Source: a virus
Strand: one strand, 5' to 3'
DNA length: 64,000 nt
Virus record (IMG/VR): IMGVR_UViG_3300038436_000248
Location: 8,854-72,853 of that record
Both the position numbers and the translations under genes were made by a program. Shown here piece by piece: positions 8,641 through 17,626 of this stretch. Position 1 is the stretch's first letter. Each line of letters begins with the position of its first letter. The notes beneath the pieces were generated by a model, which worked only from the letters and a program-made list of their open reading frames with translations, searched no databases and was not told where the DNA came from.

Positions 8641-9070
8641 GGTGTCCTTCCTTTCTTGGGTAAACTTTCAGGCCTTGCGATTCCCGTGGGGGCATGTAGA
8701 CATCATCCAGGGTGAAGGCGTGGCTGGTGAGGAACTCCCCATTTGCCAGTACGGTTATGGTGCTTTCAGCCTGGGCTTGCGTGCCGTCTATTTCAAGGAT
8801 GACCCGATCTGGCCTGACTGCTTCCAGCTCTGATAGGGGGGAGTAGTTTGGTGTGACCACGCCGAACCTGTTCAGTAGGGGTATCCAGACGGGTTGGCAG
8901 TTGCGCTTTTCGATGATGATGTCCTTGTAAAAGAAGGCAGTGCCTGCTTTCAGTTCTACTTTGGTGCGGCGCTTCCGTGAGGACAACATGCTTTCCGCTA
9001 TTTCAGGGATGAGGCGGGCCGCTATATAGCAGCCCTCTCTCCCTTGCACGCCGATTGTAAAGGTGGGCAT
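8633..9070 (-). CDS. Hypothetical protein
   Basis: 145 aa; GAGG RBS. Confidence 0.7.
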   Translation of the reverse strand: MPTFTIGVQGREGCYIAARLIPEIAESMLSSRKRRTKVELKAGTAFFYKDIIIEKRNCQPVWIPLLNRFGVVTPNYSPLSELEAVRPDRVILEIDGTQAQAESTITVLANGEFLTSHAFTLDDVYMPPRESQGLKVYPRKEGHHA

Positions 9071-9073
9071 GAC

Positions 9074-9562
9074 TTATACCTCTTCCGGAGTGAAGATGCG
9101 GTGCAGTTCTTCAGCAGGGGTGACTTCTTGCTGCCCTGCAAAGAAAGCAGGGGGGATGGCTGCGTATTCACGGGTTGGGCCATACTCCTCAAAGGATACG
9201 AACCGCAGGTATCCGTGAACATTTTCTACCTGGACGGCGTGGGTTGCACCAGCTTGCCCCCCGTCAACATCTTCCAGAATCCCCTCGAATGGGTCACTTT
9301 CTGTGAGCAGGGCCAGATCGTCGTATTCCTCTTCATAGGTGGTTACGTCGATTACGTAGATTCTTGCAAGGGCTCTGGGAACTTCATGGCGCACAAGGAA
9401 CGGTTCCCCAAAGAGGGGTAGGGGTTCCGATGAGAGGCCCTCTAAAGCGTCCAGGCCTTCCCGCATTTCTTTCGTGAGTTCCACGACCAGAACTTCATTT
9501 GGATTTTCGTACTCGTCGTCGATATACGTGCAGGGCATTACAAGGTACTTGTTCTCTGACAT
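9074..9562 (-). CDS. Acidic hypothetical protein, probable KYLxxP family member
   Basis: MSENKYLVMPC...VLVVELTKEMREGLDAL; GGAGG RBS. Confidence 0.75.
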   Translation of the reverse strand: MSENKYLVMPCTYIDDEYENPNEVLVVELTKEMREGLDALEGLSSEPLPLFGEPFLVRHEVPRALARIYVIDVTTYEEEYDDLALLTESDPFEGILEDVDGGQAGATHAVQVENVHGYLRFVSFEEYGPTREYAAIPPAFFAGQQEVTPAEELHRIFTPEEV

Positions 9563-9574
9563 GGTTTCCTCCGT

Positions 9575-10162
9575 TTAGTTTGATTGTTCGGTTTCGTACT
9601 GCGCACAAACTGCGATGATGCGGGTCAGCAGGTCTACCGGGGCATATAGCAGGTTCAGTGACCCGTGGGTTGCTCCGCTGTGTAACTGGACACTTCCTTC
9701 AGTGAGACCATTCACCACCTCAAAAGACCCTTGAGTCTTCGTGCTGCACTTGCGCCCGTCAAAGACCCGCCCACCCACAGGGGCAACCAGATTCCCCAAT
9801 ACTTCTACTTCACGGTCAAGGATGGCCTGCCGCTTGTGGGCAAACTCAATGAGATTCCTCTGCATTTCGACGACATGGGCAACGAGCTTGCGCTGAATGT
9901 CTTTGGCGATGGCTTCAGCACCCCGCTTGACCGCTGCGGTGATGGTGATCTCGTTACCTATTCGACGCACCCCACCCTGATCTGCATGGGTATAGAACGG
10001 CCTGATCTCAATGCGATCTGTGGGCCACATGAAAGACAGCACCAGACCTGCCCCCGATTCCGCATGTGTCAGGAAAGCAACCTCTCCGTTGGGGGTGGCA
10101 TCCCACCCGTCAAGATGCTTTGCGATTCCCATAACCAGCTCTTCCATCGTCAGCTCACTCAT
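9575..10162 (-). CDS. Hypothetical protein, paralogue of 10155-11057
   Basis: GW...LTHAESGAGL...ITAAVKRGAEAIAKDIQRKL aligns with the next gene. Confidence 0.75.
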   Translation of the reverse strand: MSELTMEELVMGIAKHLDGWDATPNGEVAFLTHAESGAGLVLSFMWPTDRIEIRPFYTHADQGGVRRIGNEITITAAVKRGAEAIAKDIQRKLVAHVVEMQRNLIEFAHKRQAILDREVEVLGNLVAPVGGRVFDGRKCSTKTQGSFEVVNGLTEGSVQLHSGATHGSLNLLYAPVDLLTRIIAVCAQYETEQSN

Positions 10163-11057
10163 TGAATTCCTCCATGCAATCTACACAGACCCAGCCTTCA
10201 TGGTCATTGGGGAGGGGCTCTCCGCACATATCGCAGTTGTCCCCGTCATAGTCGATGATCTCTACTTCGACCCCGTCCGATTCCTCCGCAACCTCTGCAA
10301 CCCCACCCCGTACAGTGATCACCACTTTCTTTTTGTCCACATTTGGACTCTGCGCCCCACGCAGGCGCACCTCAGCAACTACACCCGATTCTGTGTCCCG
10401 TACTGTGCTATACCCGTCCGCAAGGTGCTCCACTTCCCACTCTGGGGTGATCTCCGTGATTGCATTCAAGGCATGAATAAGGTGCCAGGCTTGTTCTTTC
10501 GTGACACCCTCCCCAGACTTCAGCAGGGCAGCCATAACCGCCTCGGCCTGGTCACGGGTCAACCAGTGCATGGTCATGGAAACACCGGAGGTATAACGGG
10601 GATAGTCAAGGGAGATTCTTGCCTCCCCTACTGTGCACGATACACCGGACACATTCCTGCTGTGATCGTGCTCCAAGTGAAGGGCATCATACTTTTCTGT
10701 AAGGCCAGTGACCCATGCCGCCTGCTCATTGGCCGCTGCTTCCCGTTTGGCAACCCGTTCCTGCCCCGCAATGAAAGCCTCAATATATCCTGGCAGCACA
10801 CGCCGCCTGATCTCGTTGGCAATCGCTTCCGCAGGCCGTGAAGCGGACACGGATATTTTTTGATAGGTCTCCATGCCCCAGATACCATTGATGGCAGAGG
10901 ACACTTGCAACCGCCCCTTTTCCAGACGCATACTGATCTTTGCCCCCGTGGCAAGGTGCGCAAGGTAGCCATAGTGTTCGTACTCATCACAGACCGCCCA
11001 GCCCTCAAAGTAGAAGGCCACTTCCCCCAGAACCTGACTCAGCTTCACTTCGCCCAT
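10155..11057 (-). CDS. Multidomain hypothetical protein with C-terminal double zinc ribbon
   Basis: MGEVKL... after GGAGGAG; ...ISVSASRPAEAIANEIRRRV...; ends CDMCGEPL...CVDC. Confidence 0.75.
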   Translation of the reverse strand: MGEVKLSQVLGEVAFYFEGWAVCDEYEHYGYLAHLATGAKISMRLEKGRLQVSSAINGIWGMETYQKISVSASRPAEAIANEIRRRVLPGYIEAFIAGQERVAKREAAANEQAAWVTGLTEKYDALHLEHDHSRNVSGVSCTVGEARISLDYPRYTSGVSMTMHWLTRDQAEAVMAALLKSGEGVTKEQAWHLIHALNAITEITPEWEVEHLADGYSTVRDTESGVVAEVRLRGAQSPNVDKKKVVITVRGGVAEVAEESDGVEVEIIDYDGDNCDMCGEPLPNDHEGWVCVDCMEEFNE

Positions 11058-11128
11058 TTGCTCCTCCTGTTTTATCGTAAGGTTGAATAAGAATAGCATA
11101 CAAACTAAAAAAGGTGATAGGATGAATG

Positions 11129-11458
11129 TCACTCCTCCGGTATTACATGCGTCCTGTGTATTTCATCGTAACGCTTTTTATACATAGCATAGGAAGCCCG
11201 CTTCTTTTCCGTGATCACATACTCGAAAAGAGATTCCAGCTCACGACGCAAGGGAGCGGATTCCTCTGGGGTGGCTGGCCTGCTGCCCCGAATAACCCCG
11301 TCATAGTCCGCTGCCCCATGCTGCCCCACGTGCATATAACTCAAACAGTGGGGAGGGTAGTTGTCAGCGACCACTTCAGGGAATAGGGCAATGACTTCTT
11401 TCATTCCACTTTTGAATACTCTAAAGATAGCAGTGATGGGTTCGGGTTCAATTGGCAT
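11129..11458 (-). CDS. Conserved-looking phage hypothetical protein
   Basis: VIALFP...CLSYMHVGQH...RPATPEE pattern; AAGGAG RBS. Confidence 0.75.
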   Translation of the reverse strand: MPIEPEPITAIFRVFKSGMKEVIALFPEVVADNYPPHCLSYMHVGQHGAADYDGVIRGSRPATPEESAPLRRELESLFEYVITEKKRASYAMYKKRYDEIHRTHVIPEE

Positions 11459-11502
11459 GGCACACTCCTTGTATAATAACAGGGCTTTCCGAAGGTTGCA
11501 TA

Positions 11503-11531
11503 TTTATAGCATCGAAACTCTAATTCGTCAA
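11503..11531 (-). promoter_or_regulatory. Sigma70-type promoter TTGACG-N17-TATAAA, extended -10
   Basis: Minus strand TTGACGAATTAGAGTTTCGATGCTATAAA. Confidence 0.85.
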
Positions 11532-11545
11532 GGGTATTCGTTTAC

Positions 11546-11559
11546 TTTTCATGTGAAAA
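11546..11559. promoter_or_regulatory. parS-like site, one mismatch (TTTTCATGTGAAAA)
   Basis: 15 bp upstream of the -35 box of the 11503 promoter. Confidence 0.5.
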
Positions 11560-11899
11560 CTTTCTTTATTGTTCATATTTGGACTCTTTCCCCTTATAAT
11601 GAAGGGCTTCCTGTGGGGGCGATTCCCCTGCCGCCTGCCGCCTTCGGGGTGGTGCTCCTCCTGTCCCCTGTCCCCTGCCGGACGTCCAGCGCCACCGGGG
11701 GCGTGTCAAGCCTGCAACCAGGCACAATACGGCACACGGGATTATAAAAGGGGATGCGAAGGAAACTGGCTGCATCCAGGTTGAAGTGGGCTGTCCGTTG
11801 CCAACGTGACCACGCATGCGGGACGTGCCTGCGACGCAGACGATTCCCGTGCCCTGTATAGGTCTATCGTTCAAGGGCATTCCCTCTCGGAGTGAGGGT

Positions 11900-11934
11900 G
11901 ATCCTCTGGGGATCAAATAGCCCCTTGCGGGGCT
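11900..11934 (-). repeat. Outlying copy of the double-hairpin element with inverted first stem
   Basis: Sense AGCCCC-GCAA-GGGGCT ATTT GATCC-CCAGA-GGATC, 22 nt after a stop codon. Confidence 0.65.
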
Positions 11935-11956
11935 GGTGCTGCAGGTTACTGGCTTT

Positions 11957-12337
11957 CTAAGTGTGGGCACCCCTTCTTTGTAGGTCTGGCCTAAGCCAGA
12001 GGCGGTAGGCCTTTCCCTTCCAGGTGAAGTCCACGGGTTTCTTTATGGTGTACACAGGAGGCAGTTCACTCTCGTACATCCACAGAGTTTCATATTCATC
12101 TTCTTCATATGGTGCCTCTATACAGATCCAGATGTGGGATGGTTTGATGTCATCTGTACGTGTGTCCTTTCTGTACAGCCCAACCCATAACCGCATCTTA
12201 TCTGAGACAGGGATAATCGTGCGATCTTGCAGCAGGTAGTGCCTGTTGTTCACGAGCTCACCACGAAGCACTCTGCACCACGCTTCTATGTCAATGCTCT
12301 TTGTGTCAAGCTGGATCACAGTTGGTTCTTCTGGCAT
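11957..12337 (-). CDS. Hypothetical protein, tandem MP(E/D)-start paralogue family
   Basis: W..VLRG...LLQ...P.....RLWV.LY shared with 12316-12702. Confidence 0.75.
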   Translation of the reverse strand: MPEEPTVIQLDTKSIDIEAWCRVLRGELVNNRHYLLQDRTIIPVSDKMRLWVGLYRKDTRTDDIKPSHIWICIEAPYEEDEYETLWMYESELPPVYTIKKPVDFTWKGKAYRLWLRPDLQRRGAHT

Positions 12338-12702
12338 GGGGCTTCCTCTCTTTCTTGGGGCTCTTCTTGAAAGATCAGCGTATACTTCCTTCCCTCAAAC
12401 ACAAAGCAATAGGGCTCAGCCATTGTGTACAGTTTAGGCAGGAACCCTTTTGGCCTCCATTCTCCATCATCATCCAGCATCTCGATAATGGGGCTGATGT
12501 AAGCGGGCTTGAAGGGGTATTCGTTTGTGTCCTTTGCATAGATCGGCACCCATAGGCGGGCATGCTTATGGATTGGCAACCTGCAGGCAGCCTGCAGAAG
12601 CATCGCTCGTTGTGGCTGGTGATTCCCCCGCAATATCTTGCGCCACTGGTTTGTTGTTTCCTTGTCCATCCTGACCCGCAGTTCGATTGTTTTATCAGGC
12701 AT
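12316..12702 (-). CDS. Hypothetical protein, tandem paralogue family
   Basis: MPDKTIEL...WRKILRG...RLWVPIY...FEGRKYTLIF; AAGGAGG RBS. Confidence 0.75.
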   Translation of the reverse strand: MPDKTIELRVRMDKETTNQWRKILRGNHQPQRAMLLQAACRLPIHKHARLWVPIYAKDTNEYPFKPAYISPIIEMLDDDGEWRPKGFLPKLYTMAEPYCFVFEGRKYTLIFQEEPQEREEAPCQKNQL

Positions 12703-12719
12703 TTGGTTCCTCCTTTAGG

Positions 12720-13151
12720 TTACGGTACGTTTGCGTCTATCCATTTTTCGCAACAGTTGTTGCAAGGCTCCCCTTCGCACAGTGGTTCCCCACACACTTC
12801 ACAAACTTCTTCGGGATCTTCTTCCTTTGTGATGCGTTTTCCATTGTGGTAGAGGTGCACCTCGTAGGTTGTTCCCTGGCAGGTTGCAGTCATGGGGTGT
12901 TCCATGTCGTGCGCCATATTGCTTACAGCCAGGAGGTTATTTGATACTGGCTCGATGATCAGGAAGCCAAGGAATGGCCTGGCCGCATCAGGGAAACTCC
13001 CATACAAAAAGAAGTTGAGTCTCTTCGCTGGGCTTTGCCGAAGAACTGAGACCATCTCTGATGGGCGATCCTTCGACGTGAACACGGACAATATCCCCGT
13101 GAGCTCTTGCTCATTCAAGTCGAACTTGATCACATGGTTTGTTTCAGGCAT
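12720..13151 (-). CDS. Hypothetical protein, tandem paralogue family, with C-terminal zinc ribbon
   Basis: MPETNHVIKFDL...NGKRITKEED then CEVCGEPLCEGEPCNNC. Confidence 0.75.
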   Translation of the reverse strand: MPETNHVIKFDLNEQELTGILSVFTSKDRPSEMVSVLRQSPAKRLNFFLYGSFPDAARPFLGFLIIEPVSNNLLAVSNMAHDMEHPMTATCQGTTYEVHLYHNGKRITKEEDPEEVCEVCGEPLCEGEPCNNCCEKWIDANVP

Positions 13152-13506
13152 TTGGTTCCTCCTTTGTGATTTGCTCACCCCCACAAGTGAGGATGATCTT
13201 GTAAAGAACGCCCTCATATGTCAAAAACATAGGGTCTTCCAGGTTTGCGATCTTGTTCCCCTGAGCCAGGCAAGTTGGGCAGAGGACACCTTTGACTTCA
13301 ACCAGGCCCCATGCGGACGCTTGCAGGTATGCCTCATCACGAAGCTTATAGTTGTGGGACATTACAACTATATCGGTTTCTTCATTCAGAGGAACCCTTG
13401 CTATGGTGTTGATCAGTGCGTTTCCCGGTTCATCCAGAAAGCGTTCGAGATTGTCCTTCTGGGCGGGGTGAAGATCTATTAGTACAACACGGGTTTCTTC
13501 AGGCAT
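13144..13506 (-). CDS. Hypothetical protein, tandem paralogue family
   Basis: MPEETRVVLIDL...YEGVLYKIIL..GGEQITKEEPNA. Confidence 0.75.
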   Translation of the reverse strand: MPEETRVVLIDLHPAQKDNLERFLDEPGNALINTIARVPLNEETDIVVMSHNYKLRDEAYLQASAWGLVEVKGVLCPTCLAQGNKIANLEDPMFLTYEGVLYKIILTCGGEQITKEEPNA

Positions 13507-13518
13507 CTGATTTCTCCT

Positions 13519-13995
13519 TTAGATGTTCAGATAGGATACGTTGATGTACTCGGAGATTGTGCTTGTCACCACAACAAAGCAGTACTTGTTGGCAAGCACG
13601 AGCTCATGCTCATCTGAGAAGATGTTCACCTTCACCCGCCATTCGTGCTCGCTGGGGTTCAGGCCTGCGACGAACATCCACTGGCACCGAACAGATGCAG
13701 CGCCAGCAGCGTTGGCAAACAAGGCCACATCAAACAGATAGGTTGTGCTCTCCAGGTCTGTGTACACCTTGAGGATGCGCCCCTGTTCTGCCGGGGAGAT
13801 CTCCACTGACAAAGGCTCCAGGCGATCCTCATGTCTTTGGTGGTTTAGCTCTTCAATAAAGCATCCTCGACAGAGCAGCTCCATTTCCTCCAGTTCACCA
13901 GACAGAACCCAGGGGTACAGCCAAGTCACACGACCACATTTCAGACAGCGTGCAACAGTCCTTGCGTAGACGATCTCAACCTTTGTGTCAGTCAT
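13519..13995 (-). CDS. Hypothetical protein with N-terminal zinc ribbon
   Basis: MTDTKVE...CLKCG...LCRGC; AAGGAGG RBS. Confidence 0.7.
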   Translation of the reverse strand: MTDTKVEIVYARTVARCLKCGRVTWLYPWVLSGELEEMELLCRGCFIEELNHQRHEDRLEPLSVEISPAEQGRILKVYTDLESTTYLFDVALFANAAGAASVRCQWMFVAGLNPSEHEWRVKVNIFSDEHELVLANKYCFVVVTSTISEYINVSYLNI

Positions 13996-14347
13996 TTGAT
14001 TCCTCCTTGGTGATTGGTTGTCCATTACAGAACAGGATGTACTCATATTCTTCCTGCTCATCCGGTAATACCAGAACGTGCGGGCCAGCAAGAGACTCAC
14101 TGGCAGCAGTTGATCCAAGCCATTTCCATGCACGGGCTTCCCCGATGTAGGACGTGACTTCTATGCACATATAGGGCGTGTGCCCTCCCCCACGATTCCC
14201 TGCAAGATGGGCAGCCATGCCCCGGTAGGTGTGGATCCGAACACTCTGTTTCCTGTCCTCTTCACCAGGCTTTGATGGCCGTGACAGGAACTCTTCCCAC
14301 TTGCGCTTCTCGTTTTCCGTGAGATTGATGTGGATGGTGTACTTCAT
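13988..14347 (-). CDS. Hypothetical protein, tandem paralogue family
   Basis: MKYTIHINLTENEKRKWEEFL...YILFCNGQPITKEESND. Confidence 0.7.
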   Translation of the reverse strand: MKYTIHINLTENEKRKWEEFLSRPSKPGEEDRKQSVRIHTYRGMAAHLAGNRGGGHTPYMCIEVTSYIGEARAWKWLGSTAASESLAGPHVLVLPDEQEEYEYILFCNGQPITKEESND

Positions 14348-14368
14348 GGTAGCGGATGTGCAGTACAT

Positions 14369-14602
14369 TTACTCCTCCTCACATTCGGGGGCGTTGTCAT
14401 CGGCAAGAAGATCAATTCCTGTCAGGGTGTACAGATCCTGCCACTCTGCACCACAGTCCCTGCAGGCAATGTCCTGCCATGCGCTCATGCCGTCCGCCTG
14501 CACGAAGTCGATTGAACTGATGTTTGTGGAGCCACATTTTGGGCAGGCATTTCCGTTATGCCCTTTGTAGGTATCCCATAATTCTTGATTTGTTTTTGGC
14601 AT
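14369..14602 (-). CDS. Zinc-ribbon protein
   Basis: CPKCGS...CRDCGAEW; GAAAGGA RBS. Confidence 0.75.
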   Translation of the reverse strand: MPKTNQELWDTYKGHNGNACPKCGSTNISSIDFVQADGMSAWQDIACRDCGAEWQDLYTLTGIDLLADDNAPECEEE

Positions 14603-14661
14603 TTCCAATTCCTTTCGAGTCCAGCCACCGGATTGTGGCAAATGGGGCTTGCGCCCCTGCT

Positions 14662-15792
14662 CTATGCAACTTCCATCAACTCCTCTTCCTCATCTTCTTC
14701 ACACTCCCAGGGTTCTTCTTCCAGCACGTCAGGCTGTTCCAGGAGCTCATCTGCATCGAAGGTGTTGAGGTGGGCCTTCGCCTTGCGGGTCTCTTCAAGA
14801 TGATCCGTTCTCCACAGGTCTGCCTGAAAGCGACAGTCCCAGCAACCACTCCCATCCTCTCGCTGGCGGAAGAACTCCTTGGTGACCTCGGCCAGGAAGA
14901 TCGGGGAGTCATCCACAGTGCCAAACTCACACCAGCTCCCACGCCCACACACATCCATGAGCCGTCCATCTGGCAGATAGGTCAGGAAAGTTACCCCACC
15001 AGAGCCCTTGCTCCCACTGTCGGACATAGTGGAAACACCCACGCCACGTCCATTCGGTGCGATTCCTGATGTGTTGGTATAGAAAGGTTCCACATGTATC
15101 CAGGGGTCGCTTGAGTCTGGGGGAGGGGCATAGACCGTGTCCTCATCGGGGAACTCATACTCCCCATCTACACCGCAATCTTCACAGTAGCCATCAGGGA
15201 GCTTCTCTCCACATTCAGGGCATACACAGACCTCCTCATCAAACAGCGTTCCATCTTCCCATATCCCTTCAAGAGCTGTGTGGAGCTTGTCCCCTTGTCC
15301 GGTTGCGTAGTAGGGGATAGCCGCCCCTGTCAGGTAGTGCGGGCGGAACTCATTATGATAGGGGTCATTGGAGATACGCACAGAGATCCGATCACCAGTC
15401 TCCATGCACTCGCTTCTTCCGCTTTCCTCTACATAGGGCGCCATGATTTCCATAAAGCGCTTGGTGGCATCAGAGTCTGCCAGCCACCATCCATTGGTGG
15501 TCATCTCGAGGTCAACAGGCCAGTGACCCACAATGTTCAGGACATGTGCAAACTTTTCCATGTCCATTGTTGGCTCCCCACCAATCAGGTTTATTATCAC
15601 CTTTATTTCCAGGTCTTGAAGCAGGTCTACCTGCTGCTTTACTTTGTATAGCATATCATCCCCCATATAAACAGGGTCGCTCTTTGGCGAGCATTCATAC
15701 ATGCAGTGCCGACAGGCAAACGTGCAGGCTTCTGTCAACAGCAGGCTGATGGTCACACCATCTTCTTTGTACTTCTCAAGATGCACAGTCAT
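14662..15792 (-). CDS. Radical SAM protein with internal zinc-ribbon insertion
   Basis: CTFACRHC CxxxCxxC, LIGGEPT, TTNG, ISNDPYH; insert CPECGEKLPDGYCEDCG; GGAGG RBS before MTVHLEK. Confidence 0.88.
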   Translation of the reverse strand: MTVHLEKYKEDGVTISLLLTEACTFACRHCMYECSPKSDPVYMGDDMLYKVKQQVDLLQDLEIKVIINLIGGEPTMDMEKFAHVLNIVGHWPVDLEMTTNGWWLADSDATKRFMEIMAPYVEESGRSECMETGDRISVRISNDPYHNEFRPHYLTGAAIPYYATGQGDKLHTALEGIWEDGTLFDEEVCVCPECGEKLPDGYCEDCGVDGEYEFPDEDTVYAPPPDSSDPWIHVEPFYTNTSGIAPNGRGVGVSTMSDSGSKGSGGVTFLTYLPDGRLMDVCGRGSWCEFGTVDDSPIFLAEVTKEFFRQREDGSGCWDCRFQADLWRTDHLEETRKAKAHLNTFDADELLEQPDVLEEEPWECEEDEEEELMEVA

Positions 15793-15853
15793 GGGATACC
15801 TCCGTGTAATAAACGCTCCCGGATTGGAGCAAATCGGGGCCGAAGCCCCTGTG

Positions 15854-16420
15854 TTACACTGCTTGTGGTGCCCATTGCAGATCAGTGCGGATGACAGCAT
15901 CCATCAGGTATCCCTTGTTGAGCTTCGCCAGGCTGCAGGACACTCTTACGCCACCATCCACTTCCTGGGCAAGGCGGACATGGAAGGGCTTCTTACTCTC
16001 CACGTAGAAGAGTTTCACGGTACGCCCACTGTTGAAGGTGATCTCTTCAGGGAGTTCGATGAACGCTCCCTTCTTGACCTTCCCCCAATTCTCCGCCAGC
16101 CTGCGGTTGTCCTCCCGCCATTTGATAGCATGCGGGTACTCGGTAGGCGTGAGCTTGTCCAGGATGGATAGGGGACAGCCATACACATATGGACCAGACG
16201 ATTCGTCCATGTCCTTGAACGTGAGGTTGAAACCATCCCGGTTATTTGGTGTCCATTTGAGCATCACCACCAGGGCGAACACCGTACCGTCTGGCTTGCG
16301 CAGAGCCGCAAAGTACTTGTTGCGCTCAAGGTGGTCCTCAACCACTTCATACGGGCGTGCAAGCCCTCGCATGATCCGACGGCACTCCCCTTTACCGCAG
16401 CGCATTCCAGTCCAACCCAT
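15854..16420 (-). CDS. Conserved phage/MGE protein (DUF6927-like)
   Basis: MGWT start; FKDMDESSGPYVYGCPLSILDKLTPT...A..WR motif. Confidence 0.7.
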   Translation of the reverse strand: MGWTGMRCGKGECRRIMRGLARPYEVVEDHLERNKYFAALRKPDGTVFALVVMLKWTPNNRDGFNLTFKDMDESSGPYVYGCPLSILDKLTPTEYPHAIKWREDNRRLAENWGKVKKGAFIELPEEITFNSGRTVKLFYVESKKPFHVRLAQEVDGGVRVSCSLAKLNKGYLMDAVIRTDLQWAPQAV

Positions 16421-16803
16421 TAGTTCACCTCCGTTGGGTATCCCATATCCAGGGCGTCTTGATAGTACGGTGCGTAATGCCCTTTCTTGCGTTCTGTCTC
16501 AACAGCCTCTGCAAAGCCCTTGTACCCAAGCTCCAGGGCACGCTTTGCATTTGCGATGGCCTCTGCACGGACACGGCCTCTGTGCATCATATATCCCGTT
16601 TTGGCTTCAGTGATAATCCAATCCCCGGGAAGGCCAGACGGGGTAACATCCCTGCGAATGTGCGCATCCACAAACTCAAACCCAGGGATAACCACCTTGC
16701 TTGCGTTGCATGGGGTGAAGATTGCCCCGTTCACAACCTCAGACCCTTCCGGCGCAGGGCGCTCTGGATTATGCCGGGTGTAGTACCTTGCGTTTGCAGC
16801 CAT
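16420..16803 (-). CDS. Hypothetical protein
   Basis: MAANARYY...; GGAGG RBS; TAATG coupling. Confidence 0.7.
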   Translation of the reverse strand: MAANARYYTRHNPERPAPEGSEVVNGAIFTPCNASKVVIPGFEFVDAHIRRDVTPSGLPGDWIITEAKTGYMMHRGRVRAEAIANAKRALELGYKGFAEAVETERKKGHYAPYYQDALDMGYPTEVN

Positions 16804-16804
16804 C

Positions 16805-17107
16805 TTATTTTGCCTCCTGAGCGATTTCTTGTGCCCATTCCTCAGCTTCTGCACGAGCCCTGTTTAGGGTTGCGAATGAGCCACGACTATTGACGGTCAC
16901 AATGCCGTCCGAGAAAACACGGCGTACCTTGTACAAGCGCTTGCCGTGCGGCGGTTTGATGCTGTGAATAAAGAGTGCCCCACCATCCGGCAGGTTCCAG
17001 AGATCCGGATAGGTGATGTCTTTGAAGGCCCTGACCGCACCCTTGGAGAAGAAGTGGTGCCCAATCTTCTCATTCGCTTCTTTGATCTGCTCAACACTGT
17101 AGAACAT
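16805..17107 (-). CDS. Conserved phage hypothetical protein
   Basis: IKEANEKIGHHFFSKGAVRAF motif; GGAGG RBS. Confidence 0.75.
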   Translation of the reverse strand: MFYSVEQIKEANEKIGHHFFSKGAVRAFKDITYPDLWNLPDGGALFIHSIKPPHGKRLYKVRRVFSDGIVTVNSRGSFATLNRARAEAEEWAQEIAQEAK

Positions 17108-17166
17108 AGCAACCTCCATAAACTAGACGCTCCCGGATTGGAGCAAATAGGGGCCAGAGCCCCTGT

Positions 17167-17565
17167 TCATCCCAGAACTCTCCTCTTCTCAGGAGGGATG
17201 TAGTCTGGATGATCTTTGTACCTGGGGCAATATCCAGATGTTTCCAGCCATCCACGCAGTTCCTCCTGTACTTGTTTTGGGTGTGCAGTGATTTCATTGA
17301 GCACTCTTTGAACAGCCTGCTCTTTTGTTTCTCCATTCATTATGAGGTACCCTGTGCGCCCGTCGTATATTCGCCACAGGCACCCATAGGGGGAAGGAGT
17401 GGCCCACATATCATCAAACTGCTCGTATCCCTCAAGGACAACAGGCTCCCCGTTGGGTTCATGTACGAACATGGGCTCTCCATCTTTGTCCCTGATGTAC
17501 TCAACGTCCCATAGTGGGCTCTTCCGCTCACTCCACAGTACCCTGCGGTAATAACCTTCTGGCAT
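17167..17565 (-). CDS. Hypothetical protein
   Basis: MPEGYYRR...; AAGGAG RBS; bounded by hairpin elements on both sides. Confidence 0.75.
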   Translation of the reverse strand: MPEGYYRRVLWSERKSPLWDVEYIRDKDGEPMFVHEPNGEPVVLEGYEQFDDMWATPSPYGCLWRIYDGRTGYLIMNGETKEQAVQRVLNEITAHPKQVQEELRGWLETSGYCPRYKDHPDYIPPEKRRVLG

Positions 17566-17626
17566 AATTGCACTCCTTTTGTGTAGGGCTCCCGGATTGG
17601 AGCAAATCGGGGCCGAAGCCCCTTGG

